NCBI GenBank assembly: GCA_000934665.2
Contig: JYFJ02003100.1
Coordinates: 1-46,542, forward strand
DNA from: Catajapyx aquilonaris
Taxonomy: Eukaryota
Length of the DNA stretch: 46,542 nucleotides
Reading direction: 5' to 3'
Shown: positions 24,961 to 37,499 of the stretch, piece by piece
Layout of the letters: every line of letters starts with the position of its first letter
Numbering within the stretch: the stretch's first letter is position 1
Made by a program: the position numbers and the translations under genes
Notes under the pieces: generated by a model
Database searches by the model: none
What the model was told of the DNA's origin: nothing
What the model saw: the letters and a program-made list of their open reading frames with translations, nothing else

Positions 24961-27900
24961 AGTAACGAAACCAGTGGGGCGGTTTTTTCTCCACCCTCCG
25001 CCCCCTCTAGCAGTGCTTTTCAAACTTTTTTTTTATTGCTTCCCTTTTCTCTCAAATAATTCAGAATGTCTCGTGACCCACTTGAAATAGGTTGCAGTGT
25101 ACCTTCTGCCGTGCATAAATTATTAGGTCTATCTGTACATCCACTTCTATAATCAGCTATGGTTGATAAAGTGTTCCATCCTCTTATTATGATTGCTATC
25201 CAGAGTAGGAGTATGCACCCAAAAACGATATATTGCCCATTAAATTGTATGGGTAAGTGCTCATATAAAATCTACAGCACGAGTCGCATTACGAACATGC
25301 AGTTATTTTAATGGCACGAGTGTTGCAGTTTAGTTGTTTGTTTTTTTGCCTGTGCTAAAGCGCAGATTGGAATTTTGCATGAACATTCTGCACACGTGTA
25401 TTCTCGCCTCTTATTCATTTTCAGCCACGATACGTGCATAACAAAGATATGTCCTATTTTCTCCACAATGATGATGGTCAAAACTTGCACAAAATTTACA
25501 TTTTGAGCAACGGAAACGAGGTGAGATTAACAATGCGAGGACTCATCTTACTGTAATTCAGTAAACAATTCCGAAAATAATTAATTGCCCCGAACTTGTC
25601 AATGTAAATATTTCACGTGGTTTGTATTGAGCTTTCTAGAGAATACGAGCAGTTGACTGCATGCTGGTACCACCCACGCGCCTGACAAATATTGTTAATT
25701 CAGTATTATAATCCATTTTTGTGGAGCTGGTGTTGACCTACCTTTTGGAAGAGGCTTTGAATATTCTAGTGCACTACACGTATTTGTTCACCGGAATTAT
25801 ATCCGGCTTTAAAGATTGATTGGCATTTCCAGGACCCGCGAACACAAAAGGTGACTAAATTGCTGTTCCCGGCAATGGCAGCAGGAGCAGGAAAATCATT
25901 TGGAACAATGATAAAGCGTATAGGAGTTTGCGTCACCCGTCACTTTGCAGTGTTCACACACCTATACTCCAGCATTGTTCTAAACGGTTTTCATTAGTTT
26001 CGTCAGCACTTTCTGTGTGCGTGAGTCTAAGAATCGGGAAGGTCATGCTTAAGAAACTACTCAGTTTGGCATTTTAAAACCTGTGATCTTGAGATCTTGC
26101 AATAACCTAAGTTTTAAAGAGTTCAGAAGAAAATGTATAGCAATTACAGAGTGGGTGTGTGTCTTCGCCCTATTGTACGACATTAACGAATCGCCTTTGT
26201 GAAATCCGTGGGCGATGGAAGGAAATGGGGACGGCCAATTTCCCAAGTATACATAGCAGGTTGGTTATCCATTAACTCCTCGCACATGATGTCATCATGA
26301 GAAACGAGAAATGAATACCTTATCGCAGGGCTAAGGTGGATGAACTGTGCGAATTGCACCTTAAAGTTGATCCGCAATGCAGAATTATTTGGGGTAAAAT
26401 TGTATCCAGGGACCTTAGTACGAAACCCTCGTAACATCGAGTGCAGGAGCACTGTTACATGAGCACTGTATAATACACTACAGTGCCGTATCGAGTTCAG
26501 TTATCATCCTGAGTAGTATGCAACCGCACTTTTGTATCACTGGGTGTATCACCCGCAGGCGCAAATCACGAGTCAAATTGGATTGTCAGTGTACAGTACT
26601 GTACGCTGTACAGTTATATATCTCAAAAGGCTACTTTTTCAGTAATGTATGTTACAATTTTTCGAAAGCCTGCAGATCGACTTGACGTGGAATTACCCAT
26701 CAGCAGGTCACAAGCTATACTTGAAGCTTTTTTCTGAATGAAATGGAGGCTGCACCAGTACTGCGTGTAATGACATTTCAAGATGAAAGCTATTGCTTTG
26801 GAATTGCATGGAACTGTATGGCTTGGCACAGCAAGGAAGGGCTGCCGGGTTACAGTGTCCTGGAGCATAATCGGCCATCTCCTTAACAACCTGTAGCAAT
26901 GATATGTGAATACTTTCCCTTAGGAAAAATTTTTCCTTCATTATTGGCGAGAAGTAGGATTTAAAGATTTTCCTATGCATATGATGCTGGTATAAGTACT
27001 GTACAGTACATCACAACCAAGAGGCTGGTGCATTACACTACTTCTGCCAAGTTTATTGGCTGGGACGTTTCTTGCTCGGTTTACAGAGAAAATGTATTTG
27101 ACCACATAAAGTGGCACCGCCGTTTGCGGGCAGTGGGTTGCCGACCTGCGGTTTACAGGTAATAAAAACCGACATCCATATCTGAATGCACCCCATGGTG
27201 AACCGTCACTCTGCTGTTGCTTCCGTGGGTTTAACCACTCGTTAATCAGGTGTACACTTTGTAGCTTTGTAATCACCCGCAGTCACGAACATGCCCGAAT
27301 GAAATATGATGACGGGCAATCGCTGTAGTGATCTCCCTTTCTATCTCAATAACAACCTGTAGTTAACGGTTGATTGTACATCAAACTTTACATGTTATAG
27401 GCTACCTCATAGACGCATATAATTATCCCATTGAATCTATGGTCACAAAGCCGGATCTCTGAAAAATCTTGTGCATGTAATAACTCATAACCGGAGTGCG
27501 CTTCTTGGCGGTTTTCCTTCCCGAGTTGTTTACGCGAGTTAGCAAGGTTTCTGTTTGGTTGGCTGTGCGCCAAATTGTGCGAAAGTGTTGGCTTTAGGGG
27601 TGGGCCACGCTGCTTTTACAAATAGCGAAATTCCCATAGCAGGCAGCACTGCACCGCTGGAGCTGCTTTTCACTCTTTTCATTTTTTGTTGCTTTCAATA
27701 CAGGGAATTATTGGACAAGGAGAATGTTCGAGTGGCATCCAGAATATTTATGAAGCTGGCGGGCCACCAATAATTGAGGCGCCTGTTGGGTCCTCCACAA
27801 TTATTTTACCTTTGAAAGCTGGTTTTTTTTTTTCCGTCCATGTTCCTACCCTTTCATCCGTGCTTCTCTTACACTTGCGGGCCCCTCAGGGATCGATCCT

Positions 27901-28154
27901 TACATGCATTAAAGCCTCCTTTCATACCGAGNGGGGTTCACCCTTGGGGCCGAGTTACAAGCCACCTCGGCCTGAGGTGCAGGAATCTCAAATGCGCCAA
28001 AGGGAACGTCCGTCTTATTGCACTACAAGTGCTCTCAATTTTGGTGGAGGGCTCAAGTGTGCGGCCGACTCGAACCGGTCCTTTGTCGAGCGTAAATTCT
28101 CGCGTCGCCTTTTCTCTGTAAGATCGTTTCCGGAATTTTGGAGGAGGGTTATAA

Positions 28155-28436
<282 letters not shown>

Positions 28437-28488
28437 TAATGTGAATGAAAAAGCTGAAAATCTGCGTATATGGACGATATCCAGCTAG

Positions 28489-28671
<183 letters not shown>

Positions 28672-29130
28672 TAAGTGCGCTCTGTCATCTTCAGTCCTGG
28701 AGTTTGGGTGTGTTCACGGTGCACTGTAGAAGCCAGGGACTTGTTCATACCCCTCGGGCGTCCCGATTCAAGCAGCCAAAGTTAGACAAGATTTACCTTC
28801 ATTCTGTTCTCGTCTAGAACCGGGTCTGCCAGGGACGCTCTTTCTCTCCTAGTTTTTTTTCCTACGTATTTTGGCAGACGGCCGGCAATCTGTGCACATC
28901 TCCGCGAGATTACGTGGCATTGGATTTGGACCACAGTCGCACAGTAGATTCCCATTTGCTACCCTTCCTTTCCGCCAGAAGATAACTTCCGATGGAGATA
29001 ATGCAATCGGGTGAAATTGATGGGCGCATCCTAGATAAGTTTTGACGGCGAAAATGCTGGTCACTGCCACATTCAAAAATAACCACAATGACTCGCGGAT
29101 GTTGATAAGGATTTATTTTCATCGTTTCAG

Positions 29131-29168
29131 GGACATAAAGCCGGATAATATTCTTTTGGACGAAGAAG
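29131..29168 (+). CDS. STK32: STK32/YANK kinase coding exon 5 (RDIKPDNILLDEEG, catalytic loop)
   Basis: Acceptor tttcag, donor G|GTAAGG; completes HRDIKPDN. Confidence 0.95.
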
Positions 29169-29228
29169 GTAAGGCTTTCAACAGATGTCTTGTTTTTCGG
29201 GTAACTACATGACTTTTTTTTTTTTCAG

Positions 29229-29318
29229 GTCATGCCCACTTGGCGGATTTTAATATAGCGACAGTGTTGGAGGAAGGTCAGTTGGGTACTTCCATGTCAG
29301 GGACCAAGCCTTATATGG
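29229..29318 (+). CDS. STK32: STK32/YANK kinase coding exon 6 ([30 protein letters not shown])
   Basis: Follows a 60-bp GT-AG intron; the DFN motif and GTKPYMAPE are YANK-family hallmarks. Confidence 0.95.
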
Positions 29319-29995
29319 GTAAGTTGCCTGGGAAGGAATTAAGCTTCATTTAAAATTGCACATTAAAATTACTGTGGCGAGAAGGACACGAATTTTCTTG
29401 CTACAAGGCAATCATTACCAGCCGCAGGGTCTATTCAGTGAGCTGTAATTGGAATGGGAGTCTCTCCTCAGCTCCATCCATTTCATTTCCGGCCACTTGA
29501 AATCCTCTGGCTTGATGCCTATTGTGCAGCTGGTGATAAAAACTGCAGCAGCAGGAAGGGAAAGTCTAATTATTGTGCACTGTCATTCAGTTGTAACTCT
29601 TTTCAGCCAGAATTTGCATTTTGCGAAATATTAATGAAAGCTGAAAGAGAAATTAATGCTGGAGTGGCCATTATTGCACACCAAAAAAATGTCATATTAG
29701 CCAGCACTTCTGAATGAGGTTGACTGAGGGATATGAGGGGTTACAGGTATTGCAATGTGCTGTGCTGATGTCCCAAACAAAAGTCCAGAGTGCTACGTAA
29801 AACCATGTATCTGCTAATGACGCATGTGGAATCATGCACAGCGAATTCTTGCTCAAATCAAAATGCCTAATTAGCTACAGTTTTTCAACACTTGACAAAG
29901 TGGGTGCTGTTGTTTAGATATTTATACAGTACAAAGGTGTAGTACAAGTGTACAAATGAGCCACAAGATTTAGTACTGCAAGCTACTTTGATTAA

Positions 29996-30278
29996 TCCTG
30001 GAACCGTGATGCGGGGTCTTGTAGGACCCCAAAGGAATTAAAATGCATAAAAATGATAATTACAATGAACTTTTGCCTTTATTTGAAAGTATATAACAGG
30101 AAGTGCACGTTTATTTTGAATTAGCGATCATTTCAGGCATTGTTCAAAGAATGATTGCACATAGTCAATACATTGAAAAGTATTATATAAAAATTAATAA
30201 AAATTAAAATATGGATGGGGTCCTAAAAGACCCCACGTCACGGTTGCTGTAACTTTTAGGCACGTCACGGCTCCAGGG
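29996..30278. mobile_element. piggyBac-type MITE (283 bp) with TTAA target duplication, in an STK32 intron
   Basis: TTAA at 29992-29995 and 30279-30282; termini tcctggaaccgtga.../...tcacggctccaggg; subterminal inverted repeats ggggtcttgtaggacccc / ggggtcctaaaagacccc with asymmetric spacing. Confidence 0.8.
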
Positions 30279-30523
30279 TTAATACCTGTAAAGCTGGACT
30301 TGTTGTTTGGTGTGATGCAGTATATTCAGTGACTTAAAAGTTTCCTGTGAGCTAAGAGTTTTCAACTAGTGGTGCACTGTAGATAACTATGTTTCAGATG
30401 TGTTGCTACACTTTTGATTCAATTATACTGAATGTATAACAGAAAAACTTAATTCATGTCAGCTTTTAATGGTTTCTCAGAGACTTGGGCGGGAGACTAC
30501 AATTTTCTTCTTGTTTTTGGCAG

Positions 30524-30846
30524 CACCCGAAATATTTGCATGTGCAGCCGATGACTGCCCAGGTTACAGCTTCCCAGCAGACTGGTGGTCCTTGGGAGTG
30601 TGTGCTTATGAACTTGCTACAGGAAGGAGGCCTTTTGACATCCATTCCGCTACTCCTCTGGCTGAAGTCCGGCGCCTGCTGGCTGCCGATGTGTCTAGTT
30701 GGCCATCAGTGTGGAGTCCTGGATTCACATCCTTTCTACGCCGGATGTTGGCCATTGATCCAACAGCAAGGGCCAGTCACATGGATGACCTGAAACCTTT
30801 GCCCTTTATGCAGGGACTTGACTTGGAAGCTGTTTTGGAAAGGAAG
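30524..30846 (+). CDS. STK32: STK32/YANK kinase coding exon 7 (APEIF...DWWSLGVCAYELATGRRPF...LERK)
   Basis: Acceptor ttggcag, phase 1; donor AAG|GTAGGC; subdomains VIII-XI. Confidence 0.93.
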
Positions 30847-30984
30847 GTAGGCGCATCCCTCGCAAGCGCATTTCTCTCCTACCTCTGTAAAGTAGCTGTC
30901 CATACCCTGGGCATCAAGAGTTCCGCTGACACCCATATATCCATTAAAATTTTTGGGGCTCTACTTCATCAAGATGTTTTGCAG

Positions 30985-31140
30985 ATTGGTCCACCTTTTA
31001 CACCACCTAAGGACCACTTAAATTGTGACCCAACATTTGAGCTTGAGGAAATGATCATCGAAGCAAAGCCACTGCACAAGAAGAAAAAGAGGCTAGCAAA
31101 GCAAAGGTCCTTGCGTGAGATCAATGTTCAGTTGCCACAG
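30985..31140 (+). CDS. STK32: STK32/YANK kinase coding exon 8 (IGPPFTPPKDHLNCDPTFELEEMIIEAKPLHKKKKRLAK...)
   Basis: Acceptor tttgcag, donor CAG|GTAATT; LNCDPTFELEEMI.E.KPLHKKKKRL is the YANK C-terminal signature. Confidence 0.93.
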
Positions 31141-31230
31141 GTAATTATCACTGTAGTTGGCAAAGGCAAGTTAATTTTAAGCTCTGTTTAAAATGCTCTC
31201 AATGATGTTTGTGCATGAACATTTCAGCAG

Positions 31231-31659
31231 GAACCAGATTTGGTGCAACAGCACCTGGAACACATTGCTGAGGAATTCACCATTTACAACCGTGAAAGGG
31301 AATTGGAGAAGCGGGACATGGAGCGCAGGGAACAGGAATGGGAGGAGGAGCTGTGGGCTGCCATGGCTGCCAGCACCCCTTCCTGCTCTTCATCGCATCC
31401 TGGAGGCAGTGGGATCAGGAGGCCTGGTCCGGAGCAGCTCAGGAAAACTCACTCTAATCCAGGACCCGAGCCAGAGGGTGAGGTCGGGTCAGTTGAAACC
31501 AATGTTGCAGTTTCCGTTGAGTTACCCATAGCCAAAACGACCAAGTCAGCTTCACCAGAGCTGCCTGCCACTAGAAGGCTCAGACTACTGCGAACACAGA
31601 GCTTGTCCTTACCTAACGGAACACACGAGTCAAGCGAGAAGGGTGGTGGGAACAAGTGA
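31231..31659 (+). CDS. STK32: STK32/YANK kinase last coding exon (EPDLVQQHLEHIAEEFTIYNRE...GGNK*)
   Basis: Tandem acceptor ttcagcag (exon start 31228 or 31231); in frame; EF.IYNRE motif; TGA ends at 31659. Spliced product about 491 aa. Confidence 0.88.
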   Translation, partial: EPDLVQQHLEHIAEEFTIYNRERELEKRDMERREQEWEEELWAAMAASTPSCSSSHPGGSGIRRPGPEQLRKTHSNPGPEPEGEVGSVETNVAVSVELPIAKTTKSASPELPATRRLRLLRTQSLSLPNGTHESSEKGGGNK

Positions 31660-33243
31660 ATGGGAACAAGCAGGACTGTAATTTTGTTGATAGCAGGACT
31701 GTTTCATTTGTAAAGCAGCTTGGACAGGGTGTTAGGAGTGAAGAGAGATTTTCATGGTAGGATGATTGCAAAAACAAGTGGGGCATGTGTTCCTACAGTT
31801 TCCCTACTTTTTGGTATCTGGATCTGAAGTCAAATCTCCTGTACCCCATTGAAAGGAAAATCCTGAACAAAGGCAGTGTCAGTACTGATGAGAGGTGAGA
31901 TGTGTGAGGAAAGGGAAAAGGTTAACACTGATCTTAGTGCCCATCATAGCAATGTGTTTTCATCCTGTCCTGCTTTGTCCTCACTTCACACTATTTTTCT
32001 ACTTACTGTTACAGCTGCTACACTGTTAACTAGTGGGAAGTCTTAGGCATTCAGAGGTAATTGGTTAAAAATTGCTTGAAATATTTAATATATTATAAAT
32101 ATTAATATATGAGATGAAGAGGAAACTGATCCTGTGGGTTAGCAGGGTGTCTGTGGGTCCAATTAGGTACTTTAACAATGAAAAGATCATATGGTAAATA
32201 GGAGAAGCAATCATCAACAGCAATATAGGCAGGGTGGTTATTTTTTTCGTAAATGCCAAAGAGAAAGCACATACTTTTATACCTGAATCTAAAGCCTCCC
32301 CACGCAATGCAATGACCCTCTTCACAACGCTTAATAATGTGCTGTACTCTTTTAACAATCATTCCCATTTTGCCTCTTGACCGACCAACCTATGCACCTC
32401 TATACAAGAGCAACCACAACAATTGAACTTTAGAGTAATAATTTAAGATATGAATGGCACATGCTGCATAGAGGAAAGAGATTGCATCAGGTTTTGTTTT
32501 CCATTGAGTAGTTCCTGATGCTGTCTAGGATGTGTGTCATCCTGTATATAAGTTTTTGAATTGCTCCATTAATGTTATTTAAACTTTCATTCCTCTATGG
32601 CGCACTACCAACTTGTATAGAACTTTGCATAGTTTCTAGAACACTTTTAAAGCGTCACAGTATACAGCAATCAATGTTCCCAAAGTGGCCCTTTGCCTAC
32701 AATACCCTTTGTACTGTCGCTGCTGGGAATAATAAAATGACCTATATGCATTGTTCTTTTTCGTAATAACTGGAGCATTTTTCTTTGCTACGTTTTGGAT
32801 GACCTGCACCTACAATATGGAAGATGATAATTTTTAAAAGTGACTTTCATCATTACAGCAGTTCTGCCGCAAGAAGTCTTCAAGTAAAAATGAAGTAAAT
32901 GTTACTCATGTGCTAGACAACTGTTAATTGGGGCCAATGCAGCCCATTGGAGTATGTCTGATTTTATGCAGCAGAACTAATCACTAGCTGAGGATGGACA
33001 AGGACATGACTTAAAACATGCTGCACTTTCACCTTGGAAGCTTATAGTTTGTAATTTCCGATAATTCACAGCACAACCTATATTCTAACATTATTAAGTT
33101 ACCTTACTGTACTTTTACAACTAATATGAATGAACATCATGACGTCAACAAGAAGCTCGCGATATGAGTTATGATCAAAGCCAGTGTGCTGCTACTTTCT
33201 TTCAGGGATGTAAATCATTGCAGCATTTGCAGTACAAGGTATA

Positions 33244-33252
33244 TTTATTAAA
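33244..33252. promoter_or_regulatory. Candidate overlapping poly(A) signals (AATAAA on -, ATTAAA on +) between the convergent kinase genes
   Basis: TTTATTAAA at 33244-33252; another + strand AATAAA lies at 32731-32736. Confidence 0.3.
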
Positions 33253-33796
33253 CCAGATTAAATACTTGAATATACCTACAAGAGAGCCATGTAACATGCA
33301 ACAAAACAATGTCCAGGTATATAATAATATTATGATATGAGCCATTTTGGCATGTTTATACATATTTTTCCACTGGCTTGCTCAGTGTGTTTTATGAAGC
33401 TTATATACTTCAAAATTGCTGAAAACATTGAGTTCCACCTTCAGAGGTCACCAATATTTGACTGGCACCATGAGAAGTAGCCAGTTTTTCCATTATTCCA
33501 AGTGATTCAATGGGAAGTGCAAGCTTTCAACTGCAAGCGTAGAAACAAAGTTTTACTTGAATGACAAAGTGTGTTATATTAAGATGATTGACATTTTGTT
33601 GGCTACTTACCTAGTGTTAGCTAAGGTACCTTGTCATGTTTGAGCCATGGTGCATACCACAGAGAAGGGGTAATCTTGCCGTTGCTTGCTACATAAAAAA
33701 GGAACACGTTACAAGAACGACTTTTGAGAGTCACATCGGTTCAGTGATTTGGTCCCGAATATGTCTCGAAGGGAAAGATAAGAAAAATAACAAGGT

Positions 33797-34144
33797 TCAC
33801 TGGCCATCACTGCTTCCACCATTGACACCTCTGCTCTTGTTGGCAGGCGTCCCATCACTACTGCCGTCCTCCTCCTCCTCCTCCTCTTCCGCCTCTTCTT
33901 CATCCACTTCTTCTACCACACTGGCCTGAATCCACTCTTTGATTCGGTCCTTCTTCATTCCCCGATCCACTGTTGTCTCGATCCCAAACTGGGAGAGAGT
34001 GAAGAGGAGTTTTCCCTTCTCAGTCGCAGAGCTGTGAAAGCTCACCATGGAGAGGCTGGTAGATAGGTCATCTTCGATCAGTCCATTCTTCCCTGCATTC
34101 TTACTCAGCCACTTGTCCTCCATATACTTGGAAACATCAGCCAC
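33797..34144 (-). CDS. SBK1: SBK1/NKF1-family kinase last coding exon (VADVSKYMEDKW...acidic tail)
   Basis: Acceptor ttgcag, phase 0; KY..D.W closes the kinase domain; poly-Glu tail; stop at 33797. Confidence 0.85.
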   Translation of the reverse strand: MADVSKYMEDKWLSKNAGKNGLIEDDLSTSLSMVSFHSSATEKGKLLFTLSQFGIETTVDRGMKKDRIKEWIQASVVEEVDEEEAEEEEEEEDGSSDGTPANKSRGVNGGSSDGQ

Positions 34145-34307
34145 CTGCAATTAAGATTTAAGTGAACATGAATGACAGCAGTGAATTTTTAAAATCATCA
34201 TAGATAGCCATGGTTATCTTCTATGAGTTCAATATGATAAGAGTTATGCGAAATATATTACCTGATTCTAAATGACAATATCTTGTGCCCTATATTTAAG
34301 GAATTAC

Positions 34308-34574
34308 CTGGACTCGTTTTTCTAAGCGTGGTTCAAGCATCTTCCTGAACAATCTCCTTCCCCTCGAGCTCAGGACCTTGAGGAATTTGGGTGTCCTCAC
34401 TAGATTAGTTCGGCTTCGCAACCAGTGATTCCAGGCTGCAAACCCAGGGTCAGACGTGTCTGCCTTTTGCCATGGCAAACGTCCAGTCAGGCACAGGTAC
34501 AAGAGTATTCCCAGCTGCCATATGTCGTGGGAAGGGTCAACTACATAGCTCTTCTCATATGGAGTATCCACCAC
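34308..34574 (-). CDS. SBK1: SBK1/NKF1-family kinase coding exon 4 (VVDTPYEK...DIWQLGILLYLCLTGRLPWQKAD...KRVQ)
   Basis: Acceptor gaccag, donor CAG|GTAATT; D.WQ.G...CLTG.LPWQKAD is typical of arthropod SBK-like kinases. Confidence 0.92.
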
Positions 34575-34764
34575 CTGGTCAAATGAATTTTTCTCGTGTC
34601 ATACCATAATAACAGGCGACGGAAATGGGTCATATTTGTTTTGATTACTGTGACTGGCTCATAACCTGCAGAATATTTTTAAAATATTCATCTCAGTTTC
34701 TACCTGAGTAGATTGGCCTGTGTGGCTGTGTAAGAACTCCTGAGGTGAGGGAGAAACAGCTTAC

Positions 34765-34962
34765 CTCTGGTGGAGAATAGGGCACCCATTCATTAAACTT
34801 TGTGACAACAGTTCCCTTGGGTCTGGCTTCACTCAGGTCACATAACTTAACTTTGGAAAAGTCACTCTTGAAAACAAGAATATTGTCCATCTTGACATCC
34901 CTGTGAACCAGTCCTTTAGTGTGGATGAAGTCCACCGCTGCAGCAATCTGCTTTGCCACTCT
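34765..34962 (-). CDS. SBK1: SBK1/NKF1-family kinase coding exon 3 (RVAKQIAAAVDFIHTKGLVHRDVKMDNILVF...CDLSE...PYSPPE)
   Basis: Acceptor tttacag, donor GAG|GTAAGC; HRD loop and PPE motif. Confidence 0.92.
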
Positions 34963-35493
34963 CTGTAAACAAAGTGAATATTGATTAATCCCATTATCAT
35001 TTAGTTACGTAAAAATTTACATGATTTCACTTGCAGGTCTTTCCTAAATCTTCAATCGCTATTTGTTTTTTGTTCATTCATCGTAATTTTTATTTAAAAA
35101 TCATTACCAGTGGTTATTGGTTCAACACTATGCTAGATGATGTACCGAGTGATGCACTGTGTTAGCCCAAGGCCAAGACGCGGAAGAACAGGGAGTAAAC
35201 ATTATGGATTGTTTACCCTATAAACCAATTTAAAGACAAGCTAGCAATCAAGGTAAGTGAATTGGTGCTTCCAATCAGTTGCTTCTCTTGAAATTGGGTG
35301 CTAGGGTAAACAATCTGCTTTTTTTCCTCCTCCCTTCACCTTCTCTCCTGTGTATGATACACAGTAACTATGTTCTCATATGAAATAACCTCAGTCATGC
35401 ACTTTCATAACCTTAATTACCGTACCTAATCTGTGCTACAAAAGCAAGGTTAATAAGAAAACTTCTAATTGATTTAAATGGAAATGCCAGTGC

Positions 35494-35808
35494 CTTGGTG
35501 TTGATCTCTCCAATCCCAGTCTCAGAGAGGTTGTTGGTGAGGTCTCCAAAAGGAGCAAACTCCTGGGCAAAAAAGTAGCACCTCTGAGCCTCAAAGGCAA
35601 TATGGAAGGTGCGGACAATATTTTTGTGGTGCCCAAGTTGATAGCTGTAGTGGAATTCCCGATAGAAGTCCTTGAGACTGCAGCATCCACTGTGTTGAGC
35701 CTTCAATACCCTCTCACTCCTGGTTGCTCGCTGCTCCACCAGCAGTACTTTTGCAAACCACCCCTCTCCTACTGTTTGCACTACGTCATACTCCTCATTG
35801 AGGTCTAC
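35494..35808 (-). CDS. SBK1: SBK1/NKF1-family kinase coding exon 2 (VDLNEEYDVVQTVGEGWFAKV...GIGEINTK)
   Basis: Acceptor tttgcag; GEGWF loop, F.REFHYSY.L and FAQE.AP.GDL motifs; 3' end inferred at a GC donor (AAG|GCACTG). Confidence 0.85.
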
Positions 35809-37436
35809 CTGCAAAGTATCCACACAGTTAAATTGTAGAAAAACTGGTAAAAGAAAAGGTGTGATGCAATTCTACATTGCAATAAAATTTGGAAACTTCA
35901 TGTAATCGTTTATTGGTGAATAAAATTCATCCCCCAATGGTACATTATGATGCCAGTTGGAAAATGACTGTACAAGTGGTGGACATTAATGGAGAAGCAC
36001 AAGTGTCGCCTCCTGCGGAGTTTTCCCTCTACATGAAGCTGCTTCATGTGACACTTGCGCTTCTCCATTAATTTCCACCACTACTAAAATATTGTAGTTA
36101 TACTATTTCAGAAGTATAAAATGTATGATGATTGTAGCCACAAATCTTGTGTAGCCTACATATCATCTTTTGCAACTGCTACTCTGCACATTAGGTCTAG
36201 GGCAACCTCGAGGGCAACTATGCCTTGGGGGGAAAAACACCTTAACTGCCACATCATAAAGTCAAGTTTAGTTCACCCTGCTCCACTAATAGAAAACTGC
36301 AGCTGGGTACAAAAATCTGAAGGACTGAATGAACAAAATTTGATTCTATCATACATTGCCAGTATGGCATTTGCACTAAGGATGGTAGTACTGGCAGAGG
36401 AATACCACATGTCAGGATGATTCCATGATGCGCATAACAAGACTGTGTCCAGAAATTAATTTAGACTTTTTAAAATTGACTGTAACTGTATTTTTAATGC
36501 AAAACTAGTTTATTCTTGTGCCTGATTAAGTGGAATTATTGTCCAGAATGTGGAAAATGAGATGCTATGGATAAAGTTACTTTTAATAATTATTTGCTTA
36601 CAATGCCACCTTCGTACATATTATCAGCTGTGTATCACTTATTAATGGTTCTTATATAACAAGCACAGTTATTTTATGCTAACTACTTCGGTCGTAATTA
36701 ATAATGGAATAACAGAAAAGAATAATTCTATCAGCTCTCACCAATCTCAGTTCACTCATTGTTTGTAATATATTATTTGTATTTTGACAGGTACTACAAA
36801 TTTTGCAACCTGCTTTTTCAGAACGTATGGGGAATTTTCCTTATTCAACGTGTGTGGGTTATTTGTCTGACAAGCATGAGTGCGAGCAATTTAAAAGGGG
36901 AAAGTGAGTAGCCTGGGTAGAAATTTTGGCATGACTCCTACGTTAATTGGGCTTTTATCCAGCAGACAAGCGTGTTTGTCTGAGGTTAGCTTGCACCTCG
37001 GTACTTTATAACATGGTGTACTTGAAATGCACCTACGCATTATTTCACATTTTGTTACTTAACTTAGCTAGTTATCCTGGCACCTGCTTGTCACAATGAA
37101 CCCGGAAGCATGGATCGATTTTCAAAGATTCCCTCTCCCTTTCTCAGTTCATCCACCTCCAGGGTATGAACTCAAGGGACATGATGATAAGAAATCACTT
37201 TCATCTGCCTTCAAACCAGATAAAAGTGGCATAGTGAGCAGTGGAGATTTTTTAAAAATCTTTGGAGGCAAAGTCCCAAATTGGCAATTTTCCATGCACC
37301 TCAGTCCAAATTCCTAATGTTTTCTGCACAGTTCACAGTAATGGAGGGACCAGGGAAAGGTTGTGTGAAGGAAAGTAAATCCCTGGCCAGCAATAATATG
37401 ACACAGTTCGGCAGTAAAATATAATGAGTTAGTCAC

Positions 37437-37499
37437 CTCTTTCAACTGGAATTCTTTGATGTGATGGAGGGAGTTGGGCTTTTGCTCCAACGTCCCCAT
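37437..37499 (-). CDS. SBK1: SBK1/NKF1-family kinase coding exon 1 (MGTLEQKPNSLHHIKEFQLKE)
   Basis: ATG preceded by in-frame TAG TGA and by an acceptor (ttcttag) at 37524; donor GAG|GTGACT, phase 0, joins VDLNEEY. Spliced product about 396 aa. Confidence 0.75.

Noticed and set aside
29246..29254. DFN instead of DFG in STK32
   Set aside because: Normal for the YANK/STK32 family, so not novel.
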